Source of the DNA: Azolla caroliniana
Lineage: Eukaryota > Plantae > Polypodiophyta
DNA length: 64,000 bases
Reading direction: 5' to 3'
Assembly (NCBI GenBank): GCA_043228905.1
Contig: JBHGNT010000006.1
Location: 2,356,001-2,420,000 of the forward strand
In this document: positions 40,701 to 54,323 of the stretch, in pieces
How positions within the stretch are numbered: the first letter of the stretch is position 1
Layout of the letters: the number at the start of each line of letters is the position of its first letter
Made by a program: the position numbers and the translations under genes
Notes under the pieces: model-generated
Seen by the model: only the letters and a program-made list of their open reading frames with translations
Databases searched by the model: none
What the model was told of the DNA's origin: nothing

Positions 40701-42504
40701 TATAATCAAGCACAATTCTAAAGGCATATCCTTTTCAATTTGTGCATACCTCTAACTTACAACTGATTTGAAAATATTATGGTGCATTGTCTGTTGCATA
40801 TGTAAAAAAGTTTTCCATGTTTCGGAAATTTGTCACTTCTTTGTTTTTGTGCTTGTTTGGTTACTTTTTAAGATTAGCTTCCTTTTCAACATTTCCAACA
40901 TCAAGAAAAAGGACTACACCAAAATACGTTTACCATGCCTAAGATGTACAAATATTTAGCAAAGGAGTATATATAGATAAGGCAAAACAAAATAAAGAAA
41001 CAATGTTGAACACGAGAAAGGGAATGGTCTAGAACCTAAATGCTTTTTGAAAAACTTTTAGTGCCACATAACAATATGTCCATATCCATTGGGATGTGAA
41101 GGCTTCTTCCACATGCCAAGTCGACCAATTTTGACAATCATGCCTCACAATTATTACTTTATGATTCTTTGCTTTTGGAAAAGTTTATTCTACTTTTGTA
41201 ACATTGCTTCCTTGTTATCAATGCCCTTACATATGCCCTTTTGTGGTTGTAACTGTCCAATCAAATAGTAAATTCCCAAGTAACGGTGAACTGATCAGCC
41301 ATGTCCTAGTCAAGCTTTCCATTCACTGTAGATAGGAATAAAATGCCTCGAAGTTCATCAAGATTCCCAAAATTTTAAACATTTTTAGTTTGACTAATTT
41401 TGGATTAGAAATGGTGATGGTTTCAAGTTTCAACAACATTACCAAATTACTCAAACTATTATTAGGAGGGTTATCAACATTTTCATAAGCCCTAGTAGCC
41501 CATTCAACCCTCATAGGAAGGTTACTACACACATCAAAATGTTGTATTGCCTTTCATGATAATGTTCTCAAAAAGTAGTTCTGATGGATGTTCTAGAAAA
41601 AGAGAAACAAAACCTTTCATAGGCAATCACAGGAAAGTTACCTACATTTTCAAAGACACTTTGCGTAAGTTTTTGTGATAATAACGTAAGTGACAAAAGC
41701 TCCTCATTTTCAGAATTTTGGAAAATCATTGCTATGCTTATTGTGTGACTAGGTCATTACATTGAATCACCAATATTGTTGCTCATGTAGGCACATCCAA
41801 CAATAGGGGACACCGAGCGACGACAATTGAGTGGGGTCATGAATTGCCAGAAGTTATCATTGAATGCTTGCATGCACGCAGTGCAAAACGAACGGTTACC
41901 ACTACGTCTTGTGATACAAATCCTCTTTTATGAGCACGTGAAGCTCTACAATGCTACAATGGTCACTCGCCATGACCATACAGATGGGAAAAATGTTCAT
42001 ACACGTTCACTCTCATACACCAAGAACATGGACGACACTGTAATCTACGATCCACATTCACCTAATGTGAACACTACTCATAGTGCCTACTACCACAATG
42101 GTGATGCCCTCTCCACTGAACTCCACCTTCTCAAGGTTGACGTGGAGTCCATCAAGGCTAAATATGTTGAACTCTCAGCTGATTATGTGGCTCTCCAACG
42201 ACTCATCTTCCAAGGCTCGACACTAAGCAACATTCATAAGTCTAACGACAATGTGACTGACCGAGGTGTTGTGGTTTCACACACTAGTCCATCCGTGAGT
42301 CGTCGCCAGCTTAACATGCCACGGCCAATGTCCAGTAATGGAGGCCGTCGTATGAGTGGTATTAGCAATGGACTTCGTAAACTTGGACATTTGTTTACAT
42401 CCCGCATTTCCATCGATTCTGATTCCACTAACAATAATTTCAATCATGAATCATGTACCTCGAATCAACGCTTTGGACGTAGACGAAGAAATTCTATGTC
42501 ATAG
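36769..42504 (+). CDS. NPH3: NPH3-like BTB/POZ-NPH3 domain protein (NRL family); exons 36769-36911, 37027-37096, 37221-39026, 41791-42504
   Basis: W|[23 protein letters not shown]|[26 protein letters not shown]...KFCYG, DWWVEDL, R.CHDGLY.AID.YLK|[20 protein letters not shown], a coiled coil and a C-terminal RRRNSMS (RxS motif). All junctions are GT-AG and in frame. Confidence 0.92.
36985..37022. repeat. (TG)n microsatellite next to the intron-1 acceptor of the NPH3-like gene
   Basis: Uninterrupted TG run ending 4 bp before the end of the intron (AG at 37025-37026). Confidence 0.95.
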
Positions 42505-44421
42505 ACATTATGTTCACCATGTATGTAAAGTTCTTAAATCCTATGGTTTTTGATTAAAACTTTTCTTCCATTCCATATATTTATGTACATATGAACTTGC
42601 ACTTGGTTTGGGGACTTTTTCAAGTGATTCCATAACTCACAAACATTTCGATGTGACTTTTTCAAGTCATTCTAAATGGTTATTTATCTTGTATTTCATT
42701 CATGTATTATCCTCAACGTAGTTCCTTCATAACAATGTGGCATAAAATATTGGTACATTTCCACAATGGGATGTTTCATTGTAGTAGTAGCCTTGAAATG
42801 ATTTCTTCCGGAATGACATTCATATGGACTTATAAAAACTCCCTCATCCATGTTATACTTGCCTAGTCATGTCGCTTGGATATTGTCCACTACATCCATT
42901 TTTCTTTCAAAAAGCCTTTCATCCTATCAAGAAATGTGGACAACTTTAGGGGAAATAAAACATGTGGGCCAAGTATAGACAAAGCTTCATTACCGAGAAA
43001 GATACTTTGGGGGAATGTGACAAATAAGAGGTCTTGTATGTGACCCCTTTTTGTAAACGTACATTTTGTTCATAGAGCACCAAGCCTTGTCAATGATATT
43101 TTAGACATGAGCACCTAAACTGAACACCAAAGGCTTTGTCTAACTGATGTAATGTATTGATACCTTTACCAATTGAGATGTTTTGATATGTGTTGTTGTT
43201 TTTTAACAAGTGTAAAGTCTGATTCCTTTTGACATATATACCCAATTGAGCACGTTGAAGAGCTTGGAATTAGTGATGTAAAGTCCCAGTCCTTTGCAGT
43301 CTAGATGCCAATTTCTAAAATTAAATTTGGAAGATTGTCACAACTCTACCATTGCTTTCAAATGGTTTAGGGTGATCTTGTTAATATTTGGCTAGATCAA
43401 CTATAAGTCCGTCCCCTTCACGTGCACCACATTAGATTGAGTACATATATGTAGGAAATAGTGTTTTAAAAAAACAAATGAGATTTACATTGATTATCTA
43501 AGCATATCCCTAAGTTGTTGCATTTAGTATAACAATAGCTTATGTTGACATTGGCATTGACTTTGGATATCCAAGAGCTCATCACCTAATGGTGTATATA
43601 TTAATAATGCATTACACCTAGAGATTATAAGAATTAATGGAAAAAAGCCCTTTGTCGTTGGGCATCAGCTAACCCATACATACGGTAAAAGATCTTAATG
43701 TTTGGTAAAGTTGTATCCCATGCTTCTAATCCCTTGTTATCCACTTGTTGCAAAATCTTCACCAAAATTTGCTCCATGAGAGCATCAAAGTGAGATTTAA
43801 GCAAAATAGAAGAGTTGAAGTGTAATATGGACTTGCCACTTAATGATTTATACATACAAATAAGGAAGTGGTTTGAAGACCCCACATCATACGAAGTGTT
43901 GTTGGTAAAAAACTTGTCAAAGCATTCTCCAAAATTGCATATGAGTTTTTATGCAGCACATCCCTAGGGTTGTCTATGGAAACCTTTTGTTTAGGTTCTC
44001 CAAACTCACGAAAACCTCAAGAATTTGATGGATTTACAACCTAAACCAATGAATTGAGTTCAAATTGTATGATTAAATACTATATCTCTAAATTGTTGTT
44101 GCCAAGCAGCTTTATTACGAGAGTTATCCTTGTTCTTGAACTACTTTGACAAGTAGTATCATGAGTAGTGGGTAGAAGTGTAATGCATGGCATCAATGTT
44201 GCTCGTTTAAGTCAGGATGTATGTAATATTGCATGAAACATTAATATAATGATGATTTCTACAACATAATATTATAGAGATTTTTAGTAATATTATACAT
44301 ATTTTTATCCTAAAGGTTCACATTTGTTGGTTGATATGTGAGGTTATAAGTTCGAACCTCACATATGACTATTGCAATACGATTTAAGTTTGTTTTCATG
44401 ATGCCGTCTATATGTATTTGT

Positions 44422-44714
44422 TCAACACCCTTCAACCTTTTGGAGCTCCCCAATTCTTCACTTAAACAACTAAATTCTAACATTATATTGGGGAGCTCCA
44501 AATTCTAACTTTTATGAAGCAATTGTTTCCATACCAATATCCCCCCCATCAACTGTGATGAGGTCTATATGTATTTCTTTAACTCATTTTCTCAACACCA
44601 TTAAGCCTTTTGGAGTTCCTGAATTCTTCACTTAAACAATTAAATTCTAACATAATAGTGCACTTTTATGAAGCAATTGTTTACATACCAATGCCCCCCC
44701 ATGAATTGAGATGA
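44422..44714. repeat. ~170-bp-period tandem duplication (2 copies)
   Basis: tcaacacc.tt...ccttttggag.tcc..aattcttcacttaaacaa.taaattctaacat...cttttatgaagcaattgttt.cataccaat at 44422 and 44592. Confidence 0.85.
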
Positions 44715-45380
44715 ATTAATGTTCATGTCCCCTATTCTTGATGTCATATTGAACGAAGATAAAAGAGATTTTCCATGAATATAAGAGAAAACAAGATTCA
44801 CCCAATTGAAGAGAAAGAGAATTGATGAAAAACACGATATGCATCCCACAAATTTTTTTGAGTAGGTGTGTGAATGACAATGGAGGGTTCCTTGTTTCCA
44901 TTAATGCTAACTACCTCAACTACCAATTTGAGCTTGTGGTCTTGTTACAAAGCTCTTTCCAAAAACTTTCTAAGTCTTGTCTTTGTGTCATTACACACGT
45001 GCACACACATAGCAATAATAAAAATGAATTCTTCTTTCTCTCATTCTTTTAATTGTAATTAGTTTACCTAAAAGGTAAGTTGTTGGACTAGAATTGGAAT
45101 ATGATCTCTATCTCATCCTTTGAACCATTTTGAACATGCTATTTAAAAACCCATCATGTAGATCTCAAATAACAATGGTCAAAACTTGTCGAAACTTTGA
45201 TAAATACTTCAAGTTGTATGAGCAATAGTTCATTGAATAAACCTATGGGTACTCTCTCTCTTATCATAATTAGCTCAACCTAGTGATAATTTGTTACAAT
45301 ATTAGCACTATATCTTCCGTTCGAAATCCAATCTCTCACCTCTCTATTACTTCATGTATATCTCTTAGTAAACTAGATGC

Positions 45381-45454
45381 CACTGTCAAATGTAGGGGTT
45401 GAACCCATGATCTCCTAGTCTCCATAGGGCAAACTTACCAACTGAGCTACATCC
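45381..45454 (-). mobile_element. tRNA-derived SINE head or tRNA pseudogene
   Basis: Reverse complement GGATGTAGCTCAGTTGGTAAG...GGGTTCAACCCCTACATTT has an A box (TAGCTCAGTTGG), a B box (GGTTCAACCC) and an acceptor-like GGATGTA/TACATTT pair, but no canonical anticodon arm. Confidence 0.6.
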
Positions 45455-45463
45455 ATCTAGGCT

Positions 45464-45504
<41 letters not shown>

Positions 45505-46308
45505 CCAAGAAGGGTGAACAACATATGTGGATTATTTTCACATAAAGACTTTTTATTAGAGAGTATGAACCCCCTTTGAAGGAGTCCCAAACAATGCATG
45601 TTTATTTTGTCCCATATGTGAAATTTGGCCCCCTCATTGATAAATAATCTATTCGAGACACGTGTGAGGAAACTTATTGATTGTGCATTTTTTGCCCTAA
45701 ACAAGTGATGAAGTCTATCTGTCTGATGGTTGAAGGATGTTTTCCCATCCAATAATAACCATTCTTGTTGGAATCCAAACATCTTCATTTGATGCTCTAG
45801 GACTAGTGGTTCCACATATTATATGAAAAATATAGACTTACAAAAGCATATCCATGAAAAACATCAAACCTCTCCATTATTAGGCGAAAGAACATTGGAA
45901 ATCAGTAAAAATCATTTATCATTGTAAGTTGTAACTAATAAATACTATCGCATCCAAAAATAACAAAATTTATTGAAGAAATGATTCCTCAAAGGCATGT
46001 TCTTTATTACCTACAACCTGTAGTTATTCCCTATGTAGAGGGCTGGATATCTTTGTAATTTTACAACAAAATTACAACCTTCAAGGTGAAGTTCAGGGAT
46101 TTTCCCCTCTCCTACTGTGTGTTGTCTTTATAGGCCCACACCAATACAAAATATTGAAAGGTTACAAGTTGAAGTTTTAACCTCGAAATATTTAAATGAA
46201 GTTAACCTCGAAATGGAAAGGGTGTTTCCATCCATTCTATGTGAAAGGTTTTGCTGCACAAAACTCAAATAAAATACACGATAACAAGAGCTATAAAAAT
46301 ATAGATCT

Positions 46309-49300
46309 TCACGGAAATGTACAATCAGTGACATAGGAGACAACTACAGTAATATCATCCATTTTCCCACCGGAGAAATGAAAACCAGCATCTTGGGCAG
46401 CGGCTGAGAAAGGTGTTTGTCGATGTCGATCCTTTGCATGTTCCCTCGCCATATATGCAATCTTCTGGGCGGTGATATCTGGACTAAGGCCGCATATGGT
46501 GGATTGCAAAACTATTGCTGCCATCTCTGTAGCATACAAGTTATCAAACAGCCCATCGGTGCCTGCAACAATCACATCGCCCTCGGCAACATCGACAACA
46601 AATAGCTGTAGCCAAATGTTGCATAGAGAAGATGAGCTTATTGGCAAAATATTTATCTATTGATATTACACACATATACATCCATACGTACCAATGGACA
46701 AATTGAAGGACGAACATATGGCTGGATGGATGTATGCATGCATGTATGGATGGATGGATGGATGGATGAATGTATTTATGTATGTATGTGTGGATGGATG
46801 AATGCATGTATTTATGTATGTATGGATGCATGTGTGGATGGATGGATGGATGCATGTTATGTATGAGTGATTTTCATAACCTTCCCTCTCTAATTCTGAG
46901 TTTTCCTATCCCTATACATAATATTAAAGAGAAGGAGTCCATTCCAACAAATAACAGGCCAACATATACAGATGGAAGTGGTCTTAAAAATCATGATAGA
47001 GTCCAGACATAAAATGTTCTAGAATTAACAGGAACTATATGGAATGGTTCGTTGAGATCAATAAGAAATTTAGAGCAAGAATAAATGTCTCCATGTTTAT
47101 GTGTAACACCACCTCTTACTACATAAGCATATTATAAATCTTAACTTCAAATCTGCGAAGCATTTCAAATATAAAAATGATATGACTTATTTCAAATGAC
47201 TTATTTTTTGTTATAGTTCTTCAAGGAAATGGTATGCAACGTCCCCTTGTTCATATATTCCCTTGTGTGGTATGCATACTGAGTGTGACATAACCACTGT
47301 GCAATGGTAATTTGCAACTATCATGTCCCCATCTCTCTGCAAGGGAGATATGTCTGCACCTTCATGTACATCACTCACTCCAGCCCTTTATCCCATGGAC
47401 AAACATGACCATTCCAGAAAAGCATCTTCATATCGATGGAGTCTGATCATCTGACACAGAAAAACTAAAGGTACGAACACAATTTCTGTGGGTTCATTGC
47501 TTGAGATGCAGAATGCTCTTAGAAAAGCAATCAGAAATGCAATCCATTCGGCAGGTTGATACCATATAGCCAGCTATACATCTACATAAAGGAACTAGAT
47601 TCCCTAGAGTCAGAAATATGCCGACTGCTATTTCGGCCAATTCTAAAATAGACAAGTGGAAGTTTGCCTGAAATTTGCTCATATATATTCCTTCCATATC
47701 TTCCAGTGTGCAATTTTCTAAGTCAATCTAGCCATCACTCTCAAAAAGTGGTAATTCTTCAAGATTTGATTGTGATCACAAACAACATTGGTTGGCAAAC
47801 CATACATCCTTGCACATCTTTGTGTGTGTAACCTGGAAGGCATTATATCCACGAATAGTGAAGAGCCTGGCAAACTCCATGTAGATGCTTTTCCATTTGC
47901 CATGAGGGATGTAGAAAGGATGGAAGAGTCTACCTACTTTGAGGCATTTCACCTTTATCAACTTGCCATTTCTGGCATTGCCACCCATCCTTCTTAATTA
48001 ATTTTCAAGACATGTGGTTCTAGAAGTAGGTTTGGTCAAGTATTTCATTTAGTGAGAGTTTAGTCTGAGACCATTCAAATTTAACTTTTCTTAAGTCTTG
48101 GTCTTGATCTTGCCCTATGTTCTTGACATCTTCTTGAGGGTGCACCTAAATGTTGCAGACATCGTGCCCAACATAACCCAAAACGTTTAAGGTACTTTGG
48201 GTTCCAAGACCTTAAACTTAGTAAAGCAGTGCAAATTCACATTCTTGTGATACCCATTACATTACACTAAAGTATGAAATAAGGAAAAAAACGGTTGCAT
48301 TCTATTCATGTGTATGTATAACCACTAACATGATATGTATGATTATGTCCATGTATAACAATCAGATACTCAGAATCAAAGACTTAAGAGCATACTCTGG
48401 GAAGCTTCCCAAAGAAGGAAACATATTTCCTCTTACTGAACTCTTTGCTCTTCAAGGTCCAAACATAATATCCCAAGCCAAATCATTCAGTGCCCCTTAC
48501 TTTAGTCCACCACTCTCCTCCATTTTCTCTAGTCTCGCCAGTCATTCCATTGTATGTCCATGATACAGTCCACAACAAGTGCCAATATCTAACACAGTTA
48601 CAATCTGTGCAGAATATGCTTATACGGCCCTAAAACCACTAGCCTATAGCTCTGATATTTTCTTTTAAATCAATATCTTCCTTTGGTTTTTAAATTCCCC
48701 TGCTACTTCAAGCTTACAAAAGCTTCTTCATCCTTTTGAAAAATATGCTTACTCTCTCCTAAGCTCTTGATCTACTTCGGTCTAAGATTCCTATTGGAAG
48801 GGACCTACTGACGGAAAAACATATGCACATGTTTTCCATAGTTTGATCACATAATATGCACAGATAAATATATTTAGGCAAGGCCTACTCTCGCAGATGT
48901 TTTGTGCACCCAATATAAAACCATGTTTAACAAGACGCATCGCTAAGAGAAACAGAGCAGTGTTTCACATAAAATATATATATATATATGTGTGTCCAAA
49001 TATGATCACATGATTTATAAATTGCACACATAAATAATTAAGATGAGGCCAATTCTGACAGATGTTTGTGAACTGAACATAAACCGATTTTCTTTTAAAT
49101 AGCAAATGGTAGGACTTTCAACAAAGAGAAAATACAACAGTAAGCTCACGTGGAGACAAACCTCAGCGGAAGATACAGGATCGCCACCATGGCTTTCCAG
49201 CTGATAAGGTAGATTGAAAGTATGCTGTTGTACAGGAGACTTAAAGACCAGATGCCCATTTCTCAGAACAAGAAACCCACTATCTCCCACATTTACTGCT

Positions 49301-51279
49301 TGTAAACCCTGTAAAAAAGACTTGTATCTCATCTCACTATCATATTCATTACATGAATTGATATTTGTTAAAATATCACAGTGAATAATGTGGCCAGTGC
49401 AAACTAAATACTTTGGGCCTTGAGGTATGAAGTCATATTGCACAAGAAAGCACTAACACTTTCTTATGTGCATAAGAAAGTATCTTACATAATCCGAGAG
49501 AGCAAGTATGCAAGCCGTAGATGATCCCCTACAAGTGGTTTTGGAATGAGCTTTCTTCAGAACACGAGCGGTATCCACACAACCCATAGGCTCTTCTAGA
49601 GCAGCAATTAATGATTCGCTCATGAGTCGTCGAGCATATTCCCCAGCATCAACCCCCATATCGGCCCATGCCCCCACTCCATCAGCTACACCAATTACTT
49701 GTTTATCGGGGCAAATGAAATAGGCATCTTCTCCTCCCGAAAATTCCTTATCAGGATGAGGAAAATAACATGCGCCAGAGAAAAGCCGCAAACCCTTGCT
49801 ATTTAAACTTCTACAGTGCATATAAAGATCAAGTTGATAATCAAGAAAGGTTTTCTGGGCAAGCTGTGATATTAAAACTAGAATAAATTTTACACAAACA
49901 TAGAAATGTGAAGAATAACCTTGTGAGGGTTCACGCATAAACATGTTACATAGTACATGAGTTCAATGGAAGCGTTTTTAAAAGTCCTTTGTTTACACAC
50001 CATGTACATATAAAATCTCTTTAAAAGGGTACATGTTTCAGATTGAGCTGAAAAAGGCTGCTTCTTTATTTATAAAAAGACCATAAACAATGGGTTCTTT
50101 CTAATCATCCTATTTGACAGAAGCTTTAGATAAAAAGGGTCTAACACAATTTCAATAGAAAAGGGTGAATTTGATTCATGGAAAAAATGCAACTGAATGG
50201 TTATAGACATCATATTTCAAACAAGATCATGAACAAAAGTCCATTTTATTGAGGGACATACACAGGATTCAATAGTGAACAGCGCATTTTCTTCATGAAA
50301 AATCCAGATGTAGCGCCTTCAGAGGAGAGAAATTGCATAAAACAGTGCAGTTTTGTTTCTTGAAAAAACACAGTAATCTGCTTTCTTTATAGGAATTGAA
50401 ACGTAATTGATATGGAAGGAGGTTTACATGAATGCCCCAAGTAAATAACACAAACCTGGTTGAAGCTTTCTTCCGGATGACCGAGACGACATTGAGTGGA
50501 GAAGACTCAAATAGCGAATCCAGTTGCTTGAGAGCATTGACTCCATAATTAATGCATTGAACAGCATTTTGGAGCAAACCATTGATGGACGATAGATATG
50601 GCTGAGCATATAGAAATTTGAAAGTTGCTCTTGCGGACCCTAAGAGCTCAACATCATAAAGTTCAACCTTACATTCTTCTACATTTTCTACATCGTCCGC
50701 CTCTTCAAATTCACATCCCTTCACCATCCCAAACCTCATACCTAGCTCCACATCAAAGTTTTGTGAACCCTCTTTCCATATCGAGTTCTTATGTGATTTT
50801 GACAACCCGATGATTGCGAAAGTTGTTGCATATTCGGGTTCGATTTCTTCTATACACATTGTATGGTGGAACCTTGCATCAAGTTTATGAATCTTTTGTC
50901 CGCTACTGGTTACGCCACATTGCAAGATAGAGGAGACATTTGAAGGATTGTTGACGATCAGGGCTGGTTTCACACCTGCCCGTTTCTTCTCCTCCAAATG
51001 GAGTTGGAAAAAAGTCGAGAACCCAAAGCATTGCAAGACTTGGCCATGTACAGAAGGGGTAGCGAAAACACGAGAAATTGCATCCGATAACGAAAAGGGC
51101 TTACCTGAAGAGTCGCTACTTTCAGAGGAAGACGATGATTTTCTACCCGGAAATTTCCACGAAGAATCGAACTGAAAATTGCTCTTGAATGAGCCGGGGG
51201 AGAAAGTGTAATGGGAAGAAAACTTGGTGAGAAAGAGGGAGTTGCTGGATTTCTTGATTAAGGTCTTGAATCTGCTCAT
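46309..51279 (-). CDS. PP2C-family phosphatase, PPTC7/PTC7-like clade; exons 51279-50456, 49810-49489, 49308-49162, 46605-46309
   Basis: PHPDKEFSGGEDAYF, IGVADGVGAW...GVDAG.YAR.LM, GSSTAC, N.GDSGF, QQH.FN.PYQL, AGTDGLFDNL, TPFS.AAQ.AG and GGKMDDITVVVS. The Ser-rich N-terminus resembles a transit peptide. Splice phases are consistent. Confidence 0.92.
46720..46865. repeat. Compound (ATGG/ATGT/ATGC)n tetranucleotide satellite in PP2C intron 3
   Basis: Direct reading of the sequence. Confidence 0.9.
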
Positions 51280-51708
51280 CAGGTTTTAAGGGGGGCGAGA
51301 ATCGTTTTTAAACAAAGCAAGGGCAGAGGGGGGGCATGATCATGGTGATGAAAAGTGGGCCTGGGTATCCTTCTTTCTTTTCTTATTAATGTGATCTTCA
51401 AAATGTTAATTCAAGGGGCAGAGAAGAGAAGAGAAGAGGATGGGGGGGATCCATAGCTGCTGTCCCTTTTCTGTGTTGTGAATCGTGATGATGATGAAGA
51501 AGAAGAAACAGAGAGGAGGAAAAGGAGGACACAGAGACAACGTGTAGAAATTTTGTTTGTTGTTGTTCACCTATATATATGTATACATACATATGTATAT
51601 CATTATATGTACATAATATACATATTACATACTACTACTACGAATAATAATAATACAAATACCCTGCCCTCCCCTGTTCCTGCCTCTGCCCCTGCCCCTG
51701 CCCCTCTC

Positions 51709-51773
51709 ATACATACATACATACATACATACATACATACATACATACATACATACATACATACATACATACA
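51709..51773. repeat. (ATAC)n microsatellite upstream of the PP2C gene
   Basis: About 16 perfect ATAC units, with (GATA)n and long G/C homopolymers nearby (51920-52070). Confidence 0.95.
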
Positions 51774-52516
51774 TAGTGATATATGTTCTCATAAACTAAA
51801 CAAAACGTGTGCCATCATCCTCCATACATACTCTCTCTCTTATTGGCTATATATATAAATTGAGGAAAGTTTTGGCCACCGGAGCCTTGGTGGGCCTTGC
51901 CCTGTGCACCCACCCCCAGATAGATAGATAGATAGATACGGGGGGGGGGGGTCTTCGTTGCCCCAAATGTAATGCCATTTTGACCCGGGGGGTCTCGTCA
52001 TGGGCCCTCATCATCCCCCACCCCACCCCCAACGTGTGGCCAGCAACCCCCCCCCCCCCCCCCCCCCCTCCCTCCCTCATTGCCTCCTCCTCCTTTGAGC
52101 TCTCTGAATGAATGAATGAATGTCAACGCCAATTCAGTTGAAGCCAAGAGTCCAAAGTCTCTCTCTTCTTAACCTTCCCTCGCACCAGACTTATGAAGAC
52201 TTACTTTTTCCCATGTTTTGATTTAATTGTTCTCGATGAAATGCAATTGTCGCTCGACACCTGATCCTGCAAAGCTTTTGAGCTACGCTAACATGCCCTC
52301 GTTAATTTCCCTCTTCTGGTTAATGTGCAACATCTCGCACTAGAATTAAGAAGAGTTTTTCTATCTTATTTTTTTTACGATGAATGTCGTGTTTTCACTC
52401 GCAAAAGCATGAGCTACACCATCATGTCTGGATTTTCGAATTTCATGCAACTCACTGCAGAGCAATTATTTGTGGGGACGTTGAAAGCGTCTTACGCAGT
52501 GTATATAAAGGCAATG

Positions 52517-52643
52517 CTTTCACTTAGTGCTTTAGAACATAATGTCTACTTTCCTTTGAATTTCACATCCACCCAAGATAGTTCTACTTTCACTTAGTGC
52601 TTTAGTGCACAATGTCTACTTTCCTTTGAATTTCACGTCCACC
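52517..52643. repeat. 70-bp-period tandem duplication (2 copies)
   Basis: ctttcacttagtgctttag..ca.aatgtctactttcctttgaatttcac.tccacc at 52517 and 52587. Confidence 0.88.
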
Positions 52644-53419
52644 TACTTTCCTTGAGCTTCTATTGACCCCATCCATCACCTTGCTAAAACGATGATTTCA
52701 TAAAAAACAAATCATGTTCACCATTTGTTGGAAAATAAAGCTCAATAGACAATATTCAAAATATAAGGGCCATGATTATATCCGATGACCAATGTTGATC
52801 TCTTTGACATCAATGAGTGAAATCCCCACTTTTATACAATTAGACATATGACCCGTGACCACACATGCCACCTCACGAGTTGCAATTATCAACTCGAGTA
52901 AATATTCTACAATATCCTTTCCAGGCTTTAAAATACCCCTTATAACATCAATAATCCCATATACCATATGACTCATCACTCATTAGTGGACGTGATATCA
53001 CTTCCTCATCTATTGACATCTTCCAAAAGGAGTGGGTTTATAGGGAAAATGGAGATGAAAGTCATAAGGTTGCATTGTTTCCAAGTGCCTTCTAATAATG
53101 AGTAGCCTTTGTACAAGAACGACTAACACAATTGTCATCGTATATTTTTCAAATCTAGAATTTCTTTGACTTCGTACTCATCCTTGTCCTCCAACTCCAT
53201 CAAGATCTCGTATGACTAGAGCAGAGTCATACTGACTGACTAATGGGAGGCTGACACTGAAGTTTAAGGTTTTATATCAATCACACTTAGAATTTGCTAT
53301 CTAAACCAAGGCCCCCCTCATGTATCTGATGTTGATTGTTAGTTGATCAATCATGGTATAATCATCCACCATGTGGCTAATATTTAAAGATTTTTTTATT
53401 ATGATGCCCCATGAGCATC

Positions 53420-54100
53420 TTTGCAAATGCATGGAAGAACTCAAGGTATCAAATGAATTTGTATCTCAAATATGGGAAAACGCGATATACCATGTGTGTA
53501 TTGGAGATAGAATTTCGAAATTTTTTCTCTACTATCAAGGATGAGTAACTCTCTTTGATTTATGTATTGATGAATACTGCAACAAGTGTTCGATGAGTTT
53601 CTAAAGCAAGTAGGCCTTGAAGAAGTTACCATTGGGTATTTAGTTATCATGATTTCGTTATTCAGTATAATGTAGTCTTATTTGCAAATACTTTAGATGA
53701 TGCCGAAAAGCTTATGGATGTATTGGAAAACATTTATGTGGGAGTAATTTAGTGTCGATAGCTTTAAAATGAAGGTTATACTTGTCAAGACTCAACATAG
53801 AGATAAACCATACAATGTATCCGATAATGAGCCATTTGAAAGTGTAGAAAGGTTCAAATACCTCGGGCTTGAGGTTTCCACCAATCATTGAGTTCACTCA
53901 AAAGGAGTTTGAAAATGTCCAAAAGTGTCTTCTTATGAAAATTTTCAAGTCAAGCTACAAAAGTCACACATGCTCCTCATTCTTGACGCCATATCACTTC
54001 CAATGAGATCATGGCTATGGGAAGGGGTGTTAAGTACATGCTTTGTACAACATTTGAGTTTGCTTGCCACACATTGTTTATCTAGTCCACTCACTACACA
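53420..54100 (+). mobile_element. Highly decayed non-LTR (LINE) reverse-transcriptase remnant
   Basis: Broken frames give LF.L.IDE, VVLFANTLDDAEKLMDVLE and NEPFESVERFKYLGL, typical of the RT C-terminal/thumb region. Boundaries are approximate. Confidence 0.55.
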
Positions 54101-54323
54101 CATTCTTGCCACAATCCCATTGTACATTCTTGACGGCATTCGCCATTTGTATCCATGTTCGCATTTATTAACATAGTAGACGTCCACGTCTCACTACTAT
54201 ACTACATAAGGATATTTATTATAAATAATGTTAGATGAACCTATACAAATATAAGAGGTCTTACAAATCATTATAGAGTTCAGGCATAAATTGCCATAGA
54301 AATAACTAGACTGGTTCATTGAT

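Noticed and set aside
46544-47012. His/Trp/Met-rich ORFs
   Set aside because: Translations of the ATGG/ATGT microsatellite.
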